Source of the DNA: Nevskiaceae bacterium
GTDB lineage: Bacteria; Pseudomonadota; Gammaproteobacteria; Steroidobacterales; Steroidobacteraceae
DNA: 64,000 nucleotides
Assembly (NCBI GenBank): GCA_046091245.1
Contig: JBJTBK010000052.1
Span: 28-64,027, forward strand
Reading direction: 5' to 3'
The translations under genes and the position numbers were made by a program. Under the pieces are notes generated by a model. The model was not told where the DNA came from, made no database searches, and was given only the letters and a program-made list of their open reading frames with translations. Positions 36,750-47,186 of the stretch are shown here, piece by piece; the first letter of the stretch is position 1; each line of letters opens with the position of its first letter.

Positions 36750-38645
36750 TTAGGCGCCGAGTTCTTCGCTGAGCGTCAGCCAGCGCTCCTCAAGGGCGTG
36801 AATCCGAGCCAGTAGCGCAGCGTGGGCCGCGGGCAGCGCCCGCGCCGCGGGGTCAGCTGAGGCATAGAGCGCGGGATCAGCGAGTCGTGCCTCGAGCGCT
36901 TGGCGCTCCGCAATACAAGTTTCGAGTTCGCGCTCGATTCGTTTCAATTCGGTCCGCTGCGGTGCCAGCCGGTTGCGCGCCTCGGCTTCGAGTCGTTTGC
37001 GTTCCTTTCGATCTGTCGCCGCGGGCTCGGTGCGCGGGCTCGGCACCACGGTTTCTGCGCTGCGGCGAGTCGCCGCCAGCCAGCGGGCGTAGTCATAGAG
37101 GTCGCCATCAAAGCTCTCGACTTCACCTTCACGCACTCGCAGGAATTCGTCGCACACGCCGCCGAGCAGGCCGCGATCGTGCGAGACGAGTACGACTGCA
37201 CCTGGGAACTCCTGCAGCGACAGCAGCAGCGCATCGCGCATCTCGAGATCGAGGTGGTTGGTCGGCTCATCAAGCAGTAGCAGATTGGGACGACGAGCGA
37301 CGAGGATCGCCAATGATAAGCGGGCGCGTTCGCCGCCTGAGAAGTGCCGAACGGGTTCGAATACCCGATCACCGCGGAAGCCAAACTGCCCGAGATGATC
37401 GCGCTGTTGCTGCGGCGACCAAGCCGATACGATCTCGCCGCCACGTCGATTGAGTTCAAGCAGCGCAGAGCTCTCCGCGTCCAATTGATCGACTTCAAGT
37501 TGCGCGAAAAATCCTGTGGCCAAATCGGCAGCCGACGTACAGCTGCCGGCCAGTGGTACGAGCTCTCCGGCGAGTGTCTTGATCAAAGTGGACTTACCGG
37601 CACCGTTCCGACCGAGGATGCCGATTCGCGCGCCGGGCGCGATCGACAGCGAGACGTTGCGCAGGATGCGTCGCGCCGCATAGCCGGTATCGACCCGGTC
37701 GAGTGCGATCAGCGGTGTGGGCAATTTCCGCGGCTCAGCAAAGCGCCACTCATAAGCCGCCTCATCGCGCTGCACAACAATGTCGGGCAGCCGCTCAAGC
37801 CACTTGATGCGACTCTGAGCTTGTCGCGCCTTGCTGGCCTTGGCTCGGAAGCGATCAATGAAACTGCGTACATGATCAGCCTCCCGCCGTAGTTTTTCAT
37901 TAGCAGCTTGTTGCTGCGCGGCGCGTGCAGCGCGTTGCTGTTCGAAGCGACTGAAGTTACCTGTGTACGCCGTGGTTCGCGCGGCCGAAAGATGAATGAT
38001 GCGACCGACGATCGCATCCATGAAGTCTCGATCATGCGACACCAACAGCAAAGTGCCGGGATACTCCTGCAGCCAGCGCTCGAGCCACAGCACCGCATCG
38101 AGGTCGAGGTGGTTGGTCGGCTCATCGAGCAGCAGTAGATCCGAAGGACACATCAACGCCCTTGCCAAGTTGGCGCGCATTCGCAGTCCGCCTGAGAACG
38201 CGGCGATCGGCTCATCGACGCGATGTGCATCGAAGCCAAGACCATCGAGCAGCGCGGCCGCTCGGCTGCGCGCGGTGTAGCCGCCGTGCAGGTCGAACTG
38301 CAGGAGTGCTTCGGCTTGCGCCACGCCGTCGTTGCGCGCCTCCGCCTCGCTCAAACGCCGCTCGCAGTCCCGCAGGCTCTGATCGCCGTCGATGACGTGC
38401 TCGATCACAGGCCGCTCAGAGTGCGGCAGTTCCTGTGCCACAGTGGCGATGCGCAACTGCGGTGGGCATTCGAACTCGCCGCGATCGGCGCTGAGTGTTC
38501 CTTGGATGAGCGCGAGCAGGCTGGATTTACCGCTACCGTTGCGGCCGACGATGCCGACCTTTTCACCGCGCAGGATACTGAATGTGGCCTGTTCGAGCAG
38601 GGGTTCGGGCCCCCGTCGCAGGAGGACGTCGCGCAGGGGAAACAC
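36750..38645 (-). CDS. ABC-F family ATPase (two ABC domains, C-terminal coiled coil)
   Basis: Has two Walker A motifs (GRNGSGKSS, GRNGAGKST), no TM domains and an Arg/Glu-rich C-terminal helix. Confidence 0.9.
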   Translation of the reverse strand: MFPLRDVLLRRGPEPLLEQATFSILRGEKVGIVGRNGSGKSSLLALIQGTLSADRGEFECPPQLRIATVAQELPHSERPVIEHVIDGDQSLRDCERRLSEAEARNDGVAQAEALLQFDLHGGYTARSRAAALLDGLGFDAHRVDEPIAAFSGGLRMRANLARALMCPSDLLLLDEPTNHLDLDAVLWLERWLQEYPGTLLLVSHDRDFMDAIVGRIIHLSAARTTAYTGNFSRFEQQRAARAAQQQAANEKLRREADHVRSFIDRFRAKASKARQAQSRIKWLERLPDIVVQRDEAAYEWRFAEPRKLPTPLIALDRVDTGYAARRILRNVSLSIAPGARIGILGRNGAGKSTLIKTLAGELVPLAGSCTSAADLATGFFAQLEVDQLDAESSALLELNRRGGEIVSAWSPQQQRDHLGQFGFRGDRVFEPVRHFSGGERARLSLAILVARRPNLLLLDEPTNHLDLEMRDALLLSLQEFPGAVVLVSHDRGLLGGVCDEFLRVREGEVESFDGDLYDYARWLAATRRSAETVVPSPRTEPAATDRKERKRLEAEARNRLAPQRTELKRIERELETCIAERQALEARLADPALYASADPAARALPAAHAALLARIHALEERWLTLSEELGA

Positions 38646-38676
38646 GGCGCAACTTCACGCTGAACGCCATCCGCCG

Positions 38677-38717
38677 TGCCGCCTGTAGGTCGGTGACCGG
38701 TGTGCCGCCTGTGGGTC
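38677..38717. repeat. Two 16-nt direct repeats in the divergent ABC-F / DsbA-like promoter region
   Basis: GTGCCGCCTGTAGGTC lies at 38677 and GTGCCGCCTGTGGGTC at 38702 (15/16 identical, 25-nt period). Confidence 0.6.
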
Positions 38718-38749
38718 TGCAGGCGGGCAACTTTGTGTATCCTCCCGCC

Positions 38750-39370
38750 ATGAAGCTGGAAATATTTTCCGATGTGATCTGTCCCTGGTGCTATGTCGGT
38801 CAGGCGCGGCTGGAGCAGGCCTTGGCCGCCCGTCCCGCCACTCAGCCACAAATTACCTGGATGCCGTACCAACTCGATCCGTCGGTGCCCGAGGATGGGC
38901 GTGACTGGCGCGAGTATCTGCTCGAGAAGTTTGGCGACGTCGCGCATTTCGATCACGCCAAGCGACAACTGGAACAGATCGGTCAGAGCGTTGGCATTGA
39001 TTTTCGTTTCGATTCGATCCAGCGCACGCCGAATACTCGTCGGGCACATCTGCTGATTGCCCGGGCACGCCGTGAATCGCCCGCGCTCGAGGCGGCGATG
39101 AGCGTGCGCTTGTTTCGCGCGTATTTCACTGACGGACTCGATATCGGTGACCCCGAAGTGCTTTGCAGCTTGGCGGCCGAGACGGGTATTGCTGCGGAGG
39201 CGGCGCGCTCGGCGCTGGTCGATGCGGAACTGGCACACGAAGTGACGGCGCTACAGGATCTGGTGCGTCGCTGGAACATCAGCGGCGTGCCGACCTTCGT
39301 GTTCGACCGCCGCTTCGCGTTTTCCGGAGCGCAGCCGCTCGAGGTTTTTTTGCGCGCATTCGACGCTTGA
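38750..39370 (+). CDS. DsbA-family (FrnE-like) thiol oxidoreductase
   Basis: Start is MKLEIFSDVICPWCYVG (CPWC). The track start at 38582 is over-extended. Confidence 0.85.
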   Translation: MKLEIFSDVICPWCYVGQARLEQALAARPATQPQITWMPYQLDPSVPEDGRDWREYLLEKFGDVAHFDHAKRQLEQIGQSVGIDFRFDSIQRTPNTRRAHLLIARARRESPALEAAMSVRLFRAYFTDGLDIGDPEVLCSLAAETGIAAEAARSALVDAELAHEVTALQDLVRRWNISGVPTFVFDRRFAFSGAQPLEVFLRAFDA

Positions 39371-39373
39371 GTC

Positions 39374-40105
39374 ATGCGCCGGCTCGATGCATACGAGCTC
39401 ACCGGTCGATCGAGCACTCATATCCAACGACTCGAGGAGCCCTCCTGCGCCTTGCATGGCGAGGTAAGCGAGCCCTTTCTCCAACTACGCGCCGCAGCTG
39501 CGAAGGTCGGCTTCGATTTGGTGCCGGCCTCATCCTTCCGCGATTTCTCTCGTCAGCAAGCGTTGTGGAATTCGAAGTATCGGGGTGAGCGAGCGAGTCT
39601 TGATCGGTACGGGCGGCCCATCGACATGACCGCGTTGGCGCCCGCCGAGCGAATCGAGACGATCCTGTGCTGGTCGGCACTGCCCGGCGCCAGTCGTCAC
39701 CATTGGGGTACGGACCTCGACGTCTACGATCGCGCGGCCGTGCCCGAAGGTTATGCGTTGCAACTTGTGCCCGCCGAATACGCACCGGGCGGACCCTTCG
39801 CGGCGCTGCACGACTGGCTATCGGATCATCTCGACGGGTACGGTTTTTATCGGCCGTATCAACGCGATCTCGGCGGCGTCAGCCCAGAGCCATGGCACAT
39901 CAGTTATGCACCACTGGCGAACGACTGCTTGCAGGCATTAACTGTGGAGATCCTCCGGGAGGCGCTGCGAGAGGGCGAGGTCGAGGGCGGTGAGGTGTTG
40001 CTGGCGAGAGTGCCTGAGCTGCACGAGCGTTTTACACAGCGCGTGGAAGCTCCTCCGCCATTAGCCTTGCTGCATGAACTCCGCGATCACCGGCGCGTGG
40101 TCTGA
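39374..40105 (+). CDS. M15-family D-Ala-D-Ala / LD-carboxypeptidase-like metallopeptidase
   Basis: Motifs seen are SFRDFSRQQALW, SRHHWGTDLDV and EPWHISY (zinc ligands of VanY/LdcB-like enzymes). I see no obvious signal peptide. Confidence 0.75.
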   Translation: MRRLDAYELTGRSSTHIQRLEEPSCALHGEVSEPFLQLRAAAAKVGFDLVPASSFRDFSRQQALWNSKYRGERASLDRYGRPIDMTALAPAERIETILCWSALPGASRHHWGTDLDVYDRAAVPEGYALQLVPAEYAPGGPFAALHDWLSDHLDGYGFYRPYQRDLGGVSPEPWHISYAPLANDCLQALTVEILREALREGEVEGGEVLLARVPELHERFTQRVEAPPPLALLHELRDHRRVV

Positions 40106-40843
40106 GGGGCGCTCCGCGCGGCGCGGTTCGCGATCGACTCTACAGGCGGTGCACTGCGCCGCCAGCGACATCGAGGCCAGCACGAGATCGATGCGCAAGC
40201 CGTGATTACGGCGAAACGCCGCTGCGCGATAGTCCCACCAGCTGAAGGTTTGAGCCGGTTGCTCGAAACGACGGAAGACATCGACGAGCCCTGTCTCGAG
40301 TAATCGCGCAAACGCCTGCCGTTCCGGTTCGCTGACATGCACGCTGCCTTGCCAAGCTACGGGGTCATGCACGTCCCGATCCTCGGGCGCGATGTTGAAA
40401 TCGCCCAGCACGATCAAAGGTCGCCCAAGGTTATGCAGGTCGACGAGCCAGTTTCGCAGCGCCTCGAGCCAGCGCAACTTGTAGGCGTACTTTTCGGAGC
40501 CCGGCTCCTGTCCATTGGGCACATACAAGTCGACGACGATGCAGCCCTGCGTCTCTACCGCGAGCACGCGCCGCTGTTCATCGACGAACCCTGGAATGTC
40601 GGTGGCGATCCGCGTGAGCGGCGTGCGTGACAGCACGGCCACACCGTTATAGGTGCGTTGTCCGCTGTAGAGCACCTGATAGCCGAGAGACTGAATCTCA
40701 GCCAAAGGAAAATCCGCATCCGGCAGTTTGGTTTCCTGCAAGGCGACGATATCGGGCTGCACGGCAGTCAACCATTCGGCCAGCTGCGGCAGCCGCACGC
40801 GCAGCGAGTTGACGTTCCAGGTGGCGATCGAAAAGGTGTTCAT
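40061..40843 (-). CDS. xth: Exodeoxyribonuclease III
   Basis: Contains IATWNVNSLRVR, ALQETK and SDHAPV. Confidence 0.95.
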   Translation of the reverse strand: MNTFSIATWNVNSLRVRLPQLAEWLTAVQPDIVALQETKLPDADFPLAEIQSLGYQVLYSGQRTYNGVAVLSRTPLTRIATDIPGFVDEQRRVLAVETQGCIVVDLYVPNGQEPGSEKYAYKLRWLEALRNWLVDLHNLGRPLIVLGDFNIAPEDRDVHDPVAWQGSVHVSEPERQAFARLLETGLVDVFRRFEQPAQTFSWWDYRAAAFRRNHGLRIDLVLASMSLAAQCTACRVDREPRRAERPSDHAPVIAEFMQQG

Positions 40844-40921
40844 GACGTACTAGGGTAATCGACACAGCGCCGTCCGGCGCGCCCGCGTGTACGATGGCCC
40901 CCTCTGCAGCAAGGGGCGCAC

Positions 40922-42277
40922 ATGTCACAACGAAGTTTCGACCTGGTGGTGATCGGCGGTGGCAGCGGCGGTCTCGCCTGCGCACAGCGCGCGGTGGAAT
41001 ACGGCGCCACGGTGGCGCTGGTCGAGGCCTCGAGACTCGGTGGCACCTGCGTGAACGTCGGGTGTGTGCCGAAGAAGGTCATGTGGAACGCCGCCCAAAT
41101 CGCCCAGGCGGCGCATGACGCGCGGCATTATGGGTTCGATCTGAGTCTCGGCGCCCACGACTGGCTCGCCCTGAAGCGCTCTAGAGATGCCTACATCGAG
41201 CGTCTCAATGGCATCTACGAACGCAATCTCGCGCAGCGCAACGTGCATCTCGTTCGCGGTCGCGCTCGGCTCACAGGCCCCGGTGAACTTCAGGTGGGCG
41301 ATCTGCATCTCGATGCCGCGCATGTCGTCATCGCCACGGGTGGGCGCCCTGCTGTGCCACCGATCCCAGGCGCCGAGCTCGGCTACACCTCGGATGGTTT
41401 CTTTGCCCTCGAAGATCGACCGCGCCGCGTAGCCGTGGTGGGCAGTGGCTACATCGCCGTCGAACTGGCCGGAATTTTTGCGGCGCTCGGTAGCTCGGTC
41501 GAGATGGTCATACGACGCGAGCGAGTGCTGCGGCATCTCGATGTCATGTTGGCCGACGGGCTGATGAAAATCATGCGTGACGAAGGCGTGGCTTTTCACG
41601 ATCACGCCATACCGCGCGCGCTCGAACGGGATGCCGATGGCAGTCTGCGCTTGCTGCTCGGCGATGGCCGAGTCGTCGGCCCGTTCGATGCGCTGTTCTG
41701 GGCGGTCGGTCGTGACCCGATAGTGGAGGATCTCGGTCTCGATCGGGCAGGCGTCGCGCTCGATGGCCGGGGATTCATCGCCGTCGACCCGTTTCAGCAC
41801 ACCAACGTCACCCGTCATTACGCCATCGGCGATGTGACGGGGCACGTGGCGCTCACGCCGGTTGCGATTGCAGCAGGTCGGCGTCTCGCTGATCGAGTGT
41901 TCGGTGGCATGACCGACCGACGCCTGGACTACAGCAACGTGCCGACGGTGGTCTTTAGTCATCCGCCCATTGGGACCGTGGGCCTCAGTGAGACCGAGGC
42001 GCGCGAGCGATACGGTACTGAGGCGGTGACCGTGTTCACATCCGGCTTTGTGCCGATGTACCACGCGCTCACTGAGCGCAAGCCACGTGCCCAGATGAAG
42101 CTCGTCACCGTAGGGCCCGAGCACCGCATCGTCGGCTGTCACGTCATCGGTGCGGGAGCAGACGAGATGCTGCAGGGGTTCGCGGTTGCTTTGAAGATGG
42201 GCGCCACCAAGCGCGACTTCGATGACACGGTCGCCATTCACCCGACCAGCGCCGAAGAATTCGTCACCATGCGCTAA
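40922..42277 (+). CDS. gor: Glutathione-disulfide reductase
   Basis: Contains [14 protein letters not shown] and [13 protein letters not shown] (redox-active disulfide), plus a C-terminal HPTSAEE. Confidence 0.9.
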   Translation: MSQRSFDLVVIGGGSGGLACAQRAVEYGATVALVEASRLGGTCVNVGCVPKKVMWNAAQIAQAAHDARHYGFDLSLGAHDWLALKRSRDAYIERLNGIYERNLAQRNVHLVRGRARLTGPGELQVGDLHLDAAHVVIATGGRPAVPPIPGAELGYTSDGFFALEDRPRRVAVVGSGYIAVELAGIFAALGSSVEMVIRRERVLRHLDVMLADGLMKIMRDEGVAFHDHAIPRALERDADGSLRLLLGDGRVVGPFDALFWAVGRDPIVEDLGLDRAGVALDGRGFIAVDPFQHTNVTRHYAIGDVTGHVALTPVAIAAGRRLADRVFGGMTDRRLDYSNVPTVVFSHPPIGTVGLSETEARERYGTEAVTVFTSGFVPMYHALTERKPRAQMKLVTVGPEHRIVGCHVIGAGADEMLQGFAVALKMGATKRDFDDTVAIHPTSAEEFVTMR

Positions 42278-42933
42278 GGCGGCAACGGCGCCTCGCCTAG
42301 CAGCAGGCGACGCAGATACTCCGGCGCGATGAGATGACAGTAGCGTGTGCCTCGAAACTGCGGTGGTGAGTTGGCATAACGCGGATCCAGCCAGTCGTTT
42401 TTCATTGCCTTGGCCTGCAGATGCAGTACTCCTGAGGCATCCACCTGCGCATACGCATACGGTGCGAGCCAAATCGGCCCGTCAGTGGTGACGATGTCCT
42501 CGTCGAAGGCCACGCTGCGTCGCGCCTTTGCCGGCAAAGAGGCTTGCACTGCGCGCCAGGTCAATTCATTGACGTAGCGGCAGCCCCGATCCTCGCCCGC
42601 CTGGCCTGCGCCGTATTCGCTGACGATATGATCGGCGGTCTTCATCTTGCAGGAAACGAGGGTTGGGCGTTGCGGGTCACCGTCCTGAAACCTGACGAAC
42701 TGCCGGGTTTGTAGCGGATTGACCGCTGGCTTGGACTTGGTGAAAGCCGTGAAGTCGCTGAACACCTCGGTCTGCGCCACCGGCACTGCACCGACGATCG
42801 CGGTTTGAGCACGCGCACAAAATCCGGCGTCCGTCACCGGGGGCGCCGTCAACGTTTGGCAGCCCGTGATGAGCCACGTGACACCGGCGACCCACAAGAC
42901 CCGCAGCGTCGGGATGGAGCAGAAGGATGTCAT
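42274..42933 (-). CDS. Hypothetical lipoprotein
   Basis: Start corrected to [25 protein letters not shown] (lipobox). I recognise no family. Confidence 0.55.
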   Translation of the reverse strand: MTSFCSIPTLRVLWVAGVTWLITGCQTLTAPPVTDAGFCARAQTAIVGAVPVAQTEVFSDFTAFTKSKPAVNPLQTRQFVRFQDGDPQRPTLVSCKMKTADHIVSEYGAGQAGEDRGCRYVNELTWRAVQASLPAKARRSVAFDEDIVTTDGPIWLAPYAYAQVDASGVLHLQAKAMKNDWLDPRYANSPPQFRGTRYCHLIAPEYLRRLLLGEAPLPP

Positions 42934-43031
42934 GGACCCACGTTCTCCTTGGACGAGACCCTCTGTCCGCACGGTACACGGACGGGAGGCGTGTCGTTGA
43001 CTTGATCGACTCGGATGGCCGAAATCGCCGC

Positions 43032-43577
43032 ATGACTTCGCCCTTGCCACCGCGTTCATCCGTGCCCCGGGTGCGCCTGTTTTCGTTGCTTCTGGCGGCT
43101 GCGCTGCTGCTCGGCGCCTGCAGTCGCGGACCCGAGCCCTTACAGACCGATGAATTGAGCATCCGGATCAATCTGCTGTGCACCACCTGCGATGATTTTG
43201 TGCAGTGTCGGGCGAGCGCCGCCACCGCTGCGTTCACCCTCTACCGACTCCGTGAGAAGAGTTTTTGGGCCCAGATCGCCACCATCTGGGACTATTTGAT
43301 CCAGTTCATCCATCGGAAAACGAGCGATCGACGACCCCTGACCGTCTATGTCGAAGAAACCGGCCAGCGCCGTGTAGTGTCAGATGCGGGCGTTGCAGGG
43401 GTCGACATGGTCAGCGGCTTGATCAGCGTGCCCGGCTCGCTGATCGATATGCGCGACGGCTCCTGGCGCTCACCGCAGGGCGAGGTGCTCGGGCGCTGCG
43501 CAACGCTACCACGGCGCCAAGGGTATGCGTGGGTTCGGGAACTGTTGGGCAGACCCTTGCCCGGAGTGACGCCATGA
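43032..43577 (+). CDS. Hypothetical lipoprotein with CxxCxxxxxC motif
   Basis: Start corrected to MTSPLPPRSSVPRVRLFSLLLAAALLLGAC. Contains the motif LLCTTCDDFVQC. Confidence 0.55.
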   Translation: MTSPLPPRSSVPRVRLFSLLLAAALLLGACSRGPEPLQTDELSIRINLLCTTCDDFVQCRASAATAAFTLYRLREKSFWAQIATIWDYLIQFIHRKTSDRRPLTVYVEETGQRRVVSDAGVAGVDMVSGLISVPGSLIDMRDGSWRSPQGEVLGRCATLPRRQGYAWVRELLGRPLPGVTP

Positions 43578-44044
43578 CCCGATCCACGCTGTCGCGGTCT
43601 GGCGTGATCGCGCTCGTGACCTTGCGCTTGCTGATGGCCGTGTTTTTCATTGGCGCTGCGATCAATAAATGGAAGCAGGCCTACATTTCCTCTGACCGGT
43701 TACAACGGATCTTCCTCGAACGTCTCGAAGAAATCGATCCGGAATCCTTTGGCGCCTGGTTCCTCGAGCATGTCGGCATCCCCCATTATCAGCCGTTCGC
43801 TTGGCTTGTATGCTGGGGCGAGACATTCATTGGCCTCGGCCTGCTGTTCGGGTTCATGACCCGCGGTGCGGCTGCCGGCGCGATGCTCATAATGTTGTCG
43901 TTCGCAATGGGCGGATACTATGACGCATCGCTGATTGTGCTGACGCTGATGTTCCTGCCGCTCGTCTGGTGGCCCGCCGGCCACCACATGGGTCTCGACG
44001 CCCGCTGGCATCAGCGCTATCCGCGATCGATTCTGTTTCGCTAG
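43574..44044 (+). CDS. DoxX/DoxD-like small membrane protein
   Basis: The 156 aa product has 4 TM helices and GETFIGLGLLFGFMTRGAAAGAMLIML, typical of DoxX. It has an ATGA overlap with the upstream lipoprotein gene. Confidence 0.65.
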   Translation: MTRSTLSRSGVIALVTLRLLMAVFFIGAAINKWKQAYISSDRLQRIFLERLEEIDPESFGAWFLEHVGIPHYQPFAWLVCWGETFIGLGLLFGFMTRGAAAGAMLIMLSFAMGGYYDASLIVLTLMFLPLVWWPAGHHMGLDARWHQRYPRSILFR

Positions 44045-44065
44045 ATCCAAAAATTTCTGGAGAAG

Positions 44066-45367
44066 TTGATGTCTGCAGCCACAGAAGGTCGGAAGTTTTT
44101 ATTTGTCCGACTGATGCCCGGTGTCATGCCGGGGCATGTCGCAGCCTATCTTTGGGCGGCTTTCGTCAGCATTGGCCTATTCACGTACGCAACCTCCCTG
44201 CAGCCTTACCTGCTACAGGTCAACATCGGCGTACCGGCTGAGCAGCGCGGGCAGATTTCCGGTGACCTGCAGTTCTGGGCGGAAATCATCACCTTGCTTA
44301 CTGTTGGTTTTTTTGGAGCATGGTCTGATCGAGTCGGCCGGCGCATTGTCTACGTGGTGGGCTTTCTGATCACGGGACTCGCCTACGCGGCCTATCCGTT
44401 TGCCGATGACATCAACCAGTTACTGATCTACCGGCTGATCTATGCCATCGGCGTGGCGGCGCTGGGCGGCATGCTGGCCACGGTGCTCGCTGATTATCCG
44501 GTCGACGCTGATCGCGGCAAGTTGACCGGCCTGTCATTCGTACTCAACGCCCTTGGCGCGGTGTTGTTTCTGGTATTCCTCGTCAAGCTGCCGCAGATCT
44601 ACCAAGGGTTCGGCGCTACCGAAACGGAGGCGGGTCGCTTCGCCTATCTCACGGCGGCGGCGGTGTGCGTATTCAGCGCGCTGGTGATGCTCGCGCTCAA
44701 GCCGGGCAAGCCGGATCAAGTCACCGAGCGAGTCCCGCTCGCCACCTTGATTCGTCAAGGCATCGTGGCAGGCAAGCAACCGCGGATTGCGCTGGCTTAC
44801 GCCGCCTCGTTTACCGCTCGCGCGGATCTGGTGATCGTCGCGTTATTCCTGTCGCTTTGGGTGCAGTTGGCTGCTACGGCGGATGGCTTGGCCGCCGCGG
44901 ATGCGGCGGCTTTGCAAGGGGCGCTGTTTGGCAACGGCCAGGGCTGCGCCATGCTGTGGGCGCCGCTTTTTGGCTGGCTGGCCGACAAGATCGATCGCGT
45001 GACGCTCGTCATCATCGCCACGCTGCTGGCCATCGTCGGTTACGGGTGGATGGGACTGACGCCGGATCCGGCGGCAGGTGGCATGGCCTATGGTGCGGCG
45101 GCGATGCTCGGCATCGGGCAGATCAGCGGTATTTTGGCTTCGCAGGTGCTGATTGCCCAGGAGGCGCCGGGAGCGATACGTGGTGCGGTGATCGGGATGG
45201 TCGGTTTCTTTGGCGCACTTGGCATTCTGATTATTTCCAAAGTCGGTGGCGTGGCGTTTGATTTATGGCGCCCGGGTGCGCCGTTCATCATCATGGCCGG
45301 TGCCAACGTGGTGTTGTTGGCGATGGCTTTTTGGGTCAAAGGCAAGTCCCCTGCGGTGCGGGTATGA
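44066..45367 (+). CDS. MFS transporter (paralogue of 54626..55942)
   Basis: Has 12 TM helices and the GAWSDRVGRRIVY loop motif. ATG at 44069 is the likely start. Confidence 0.85.
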   Translation: MMSAATEGRKFLFVRLMPGVMPGHVAAYLWAAFVSIGLFTYATSLQPYLLQVNIGVPAEQRGQISGDLQFWAEIITLLTVGFFGAWSDRVGRRIVYVVGFLITGLAYAAYPFADDINQLLIYRLIYAIGVAALGGMLATVLADYPVDADRGKLTGLSFVLNALGAVLFLVFLVKLPQIYQGFGATETEAGRFAYLTAAAVCVFSALVMLALKPGKPDQVTERVPLATLIRQGIVAGKQPRIALAYAASFTARADLVIVALFLSLWVQLAATADGLAAADAAALQGALFGNGQGCAMLWAPLFGWLADKIDRVTLVIIATLLAIVGYGWMGLTPDPAAGGMAYGAAAMLGIGQISGILASQVLIAQEAPGAIRGAVIGMVGFFGALGILIISKVGGVAFDLWRPGAPFIIMAGANVVLLAMAFWVKGKSPAVRV

Positions 45368-46140
45368 CATCGACTCACTCGCTCGTCGTTCGCGCCGCGA
45401 TTCTGGGTCTCGCGTTGGTGACCTTGCATCCAGCCGTGGCCGCAGAGTCTGCGGCGCCGAGCGCCGCCATCGCAACGCAGTGGAGTGGTGAATACCGCAG
45501 CGAATCGATCAGCGACGGCATGGTGCAAGGCGGCGAGCGATTCATGCTGACGCGTCACCCGGATGGCTCGCGCAGTCTGCAGATGCAGACGGATCTGCGC
45601 AGCCGAGGTTCTTTGTTCGACGTCTATCTGCGTGTCGATGCGAAATTTCGCCCGGTGACCGCTTTTGCCCACTATTGGACGGCGGGCATGTTGAAGGGTG
45701 CGGGTTTTTTCGAGATCGAGGGAGATGCACTGCGCGCCACGAGCCGCGGTCCGGCGAGCGGCTCCCAAACACGCGCGACAGCGGTGCCGGCGCGGTTCTC
45801 ACTCGGGGCCCATCCGGTGTCCGGGGATGGCTGGCACACGGCGCCCTACGATATGGCAGCGCGTGGCGTGCAAACGCTCAACCTGTACAGCGTTGATGCA
45901 GGTGCCGATGTCACCAAGCCGGTGCTCGGCACGTTGCTGCCGTTGTCTGTTGAGTATCTCGGCGATGAGCGCGTGACAGTGCCTGCGGGGACCTTCGACG
46001 CCCAGCGCTTCCGGCTTGCCGGTCTGAATGATCTCTGGGTGTACGGCCCCGACCGATTGGTGGTGAAGTCGGAGCTGCCGCGCCGCGGTATCCGCTATGT
46101 GCTAGTCGCGCTTGCCCGCGAAGGAGAGGCGATCCAATAG
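45364..46140 (+). CDS. Secreted hypothetical protein (beta-rich)
   Basis: Start corrected to [29 protein letters not shown] (signal peptide). It has an ATGA overlap with the MFS stop. Confidence 0.6.
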   Translation: MTSTHSLVVRAAILGLALVTLHPAVAAESAAPSAAIATQWSGEYRSESISDGMVQGGERFMLTRHPDGSRSLQMQTDLRSRGSLFDVYLRVDAKFRPVTAFAHYWTAGMLKGAGFFEIEGDALRATSRGPASGSQTRATAVPARFSLGAHPVSGDGWHTAPYDMAARGVQTLNLYSVDAGADVTKPVLGTLLPLSVEYLGDERVTVPAGTFDAQRFRLAGLNDLWVYGPDRLVVKSELPRRGIRYVLVALAREGEAIQ

Positions 46141-46605
46141 TCCGAGCAACAGCGCTGATACGACGAAGGTCATGTGCAGCACCACGTACCAGAGGATTTT
46201 GTCGTTCGGAATGGTCTTCACGTCCATGAACACCTTCAACAGGTGGATGGAAGAGATCGCCACGATCGAGGCAGCCACCTTGAGTTTCAGGGTGCCGGCA
46301 TCGAGTTTGCCGAGCCAACCGAGTTTGTCGCCTTCCTGTGCTACATCGATGCGCGAGACGAAGTTTTCGTAGCCCGAAAACATCACCATAACGATCAAGC
46401 TGCCCACCAGTACGATGTCGATGAGCGTCAGGACGATGAGCACGAGCTGATCTTCGCCCAAGGTGCCGATGGTTACGACAACATGCACCGCTTCCTGGAA
46501 AAACTTGATGCCGAGCGCGACCAGCGCCAGCGACAAACCGATGTACATCGGCGCCAGCAACCAGCGGCAAGCGAAGAGCAAACGTTCGATGGACTTCTCA
46601 ATCAT
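46102..46605 (-). CDS. yqhA: UPF0114 / YqhA-family membrane protein
   Basis: Starts [28 protein letters not shown], the characteristic N-terminus of the family. Confidence 0.8.
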   Translation of the reverse strand: MIEKSIERLLFACRWLLAPMYIGLSLALVALGIKFFQEAVHVVVTIGTLGEDQLVLIVLTLIDIVLVGSLIVMVMFSGYENFVSRIDVAQEGDKLGWLGKLDAGTLKLKVAASIVAISSIHLLKVFMDVKTIPNDKILWYVVLHMTFVVSALLLGLLDRLSFAGKRD

Positions 46606-46655
46606 GGGGTAATTTTAGCCCAGCTCCCTGCCTTGGCGCAGCCTCGATGAGTTCG

Positions 46656-47186
46656 TCAGGGCGTTGCGAGGGCAAAAATTCGCACGGGCGAAGCCCCCGC
46701 AGCCAGTGAACGCTCCTCGACGAACTGTAGCCCGAGTTTGCCGAGCACATGGATCGAGCGGACATTATGGGGCGAGGTGATGCCCAGCACGGTGGTTAGG
46801 CCGAGACGCGTTCGTCCATCGTCGATGGCGGCCCGGGCCGCCTCGGTGACATAACCGGCGTTCCAAAATTGCGGCATCAGCGCAAAACCGATGTCGGCGT
46901 GGGGTAATGTGTCGCGCCGGACGAGGCCACACATGCCGAGAGTCGTCGCCGTCTCGCGAAGGCGAACTTTCAGCAACCCGTGACCATGCTGACGATAGCT
47001 GCTCATCGGGCCTTCGCGCAGATAGCGCTCGGCATCGGTCGTTGTGCGCACGCCGCGATCACCAATGAATTCGATGAACGAGGGTTGGTTCAGCAGCTCG
47101 ACGATGAATGCAGCATCGGGCAGCGTGAACTCCTCGAGCACGAGCCGAGGCGTTTCGATCCGAATCGGCGTGGTGCCGGCGTCCAT
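46656..47186 (-). CDS. GNAT-family (RimJ/RimL-like) N-acetyltransferase
   Basis: Has IETPRLVLEEFTLPDAAFIVELLN and a GNAT core. ATG at 47186 overlaps the upstream stop by 1 nt. Confidence 0.8.
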   Translation of the reverse strand: MDAGTTPIRIETPRLVLEEFTLPDAAFIVELLNQPSFIEFIGDRGVRTTTDAERYLREGPMSSYRQHGHGLLKVRLRETATTLGMCGLVRRDTLPHADIGFALMPQFWNAGYVTEAARAAIDDGRTRLGLTTVLGITSPHNVRSIHVLGKLGLQFVEERSLAAGASPVRIFALATP

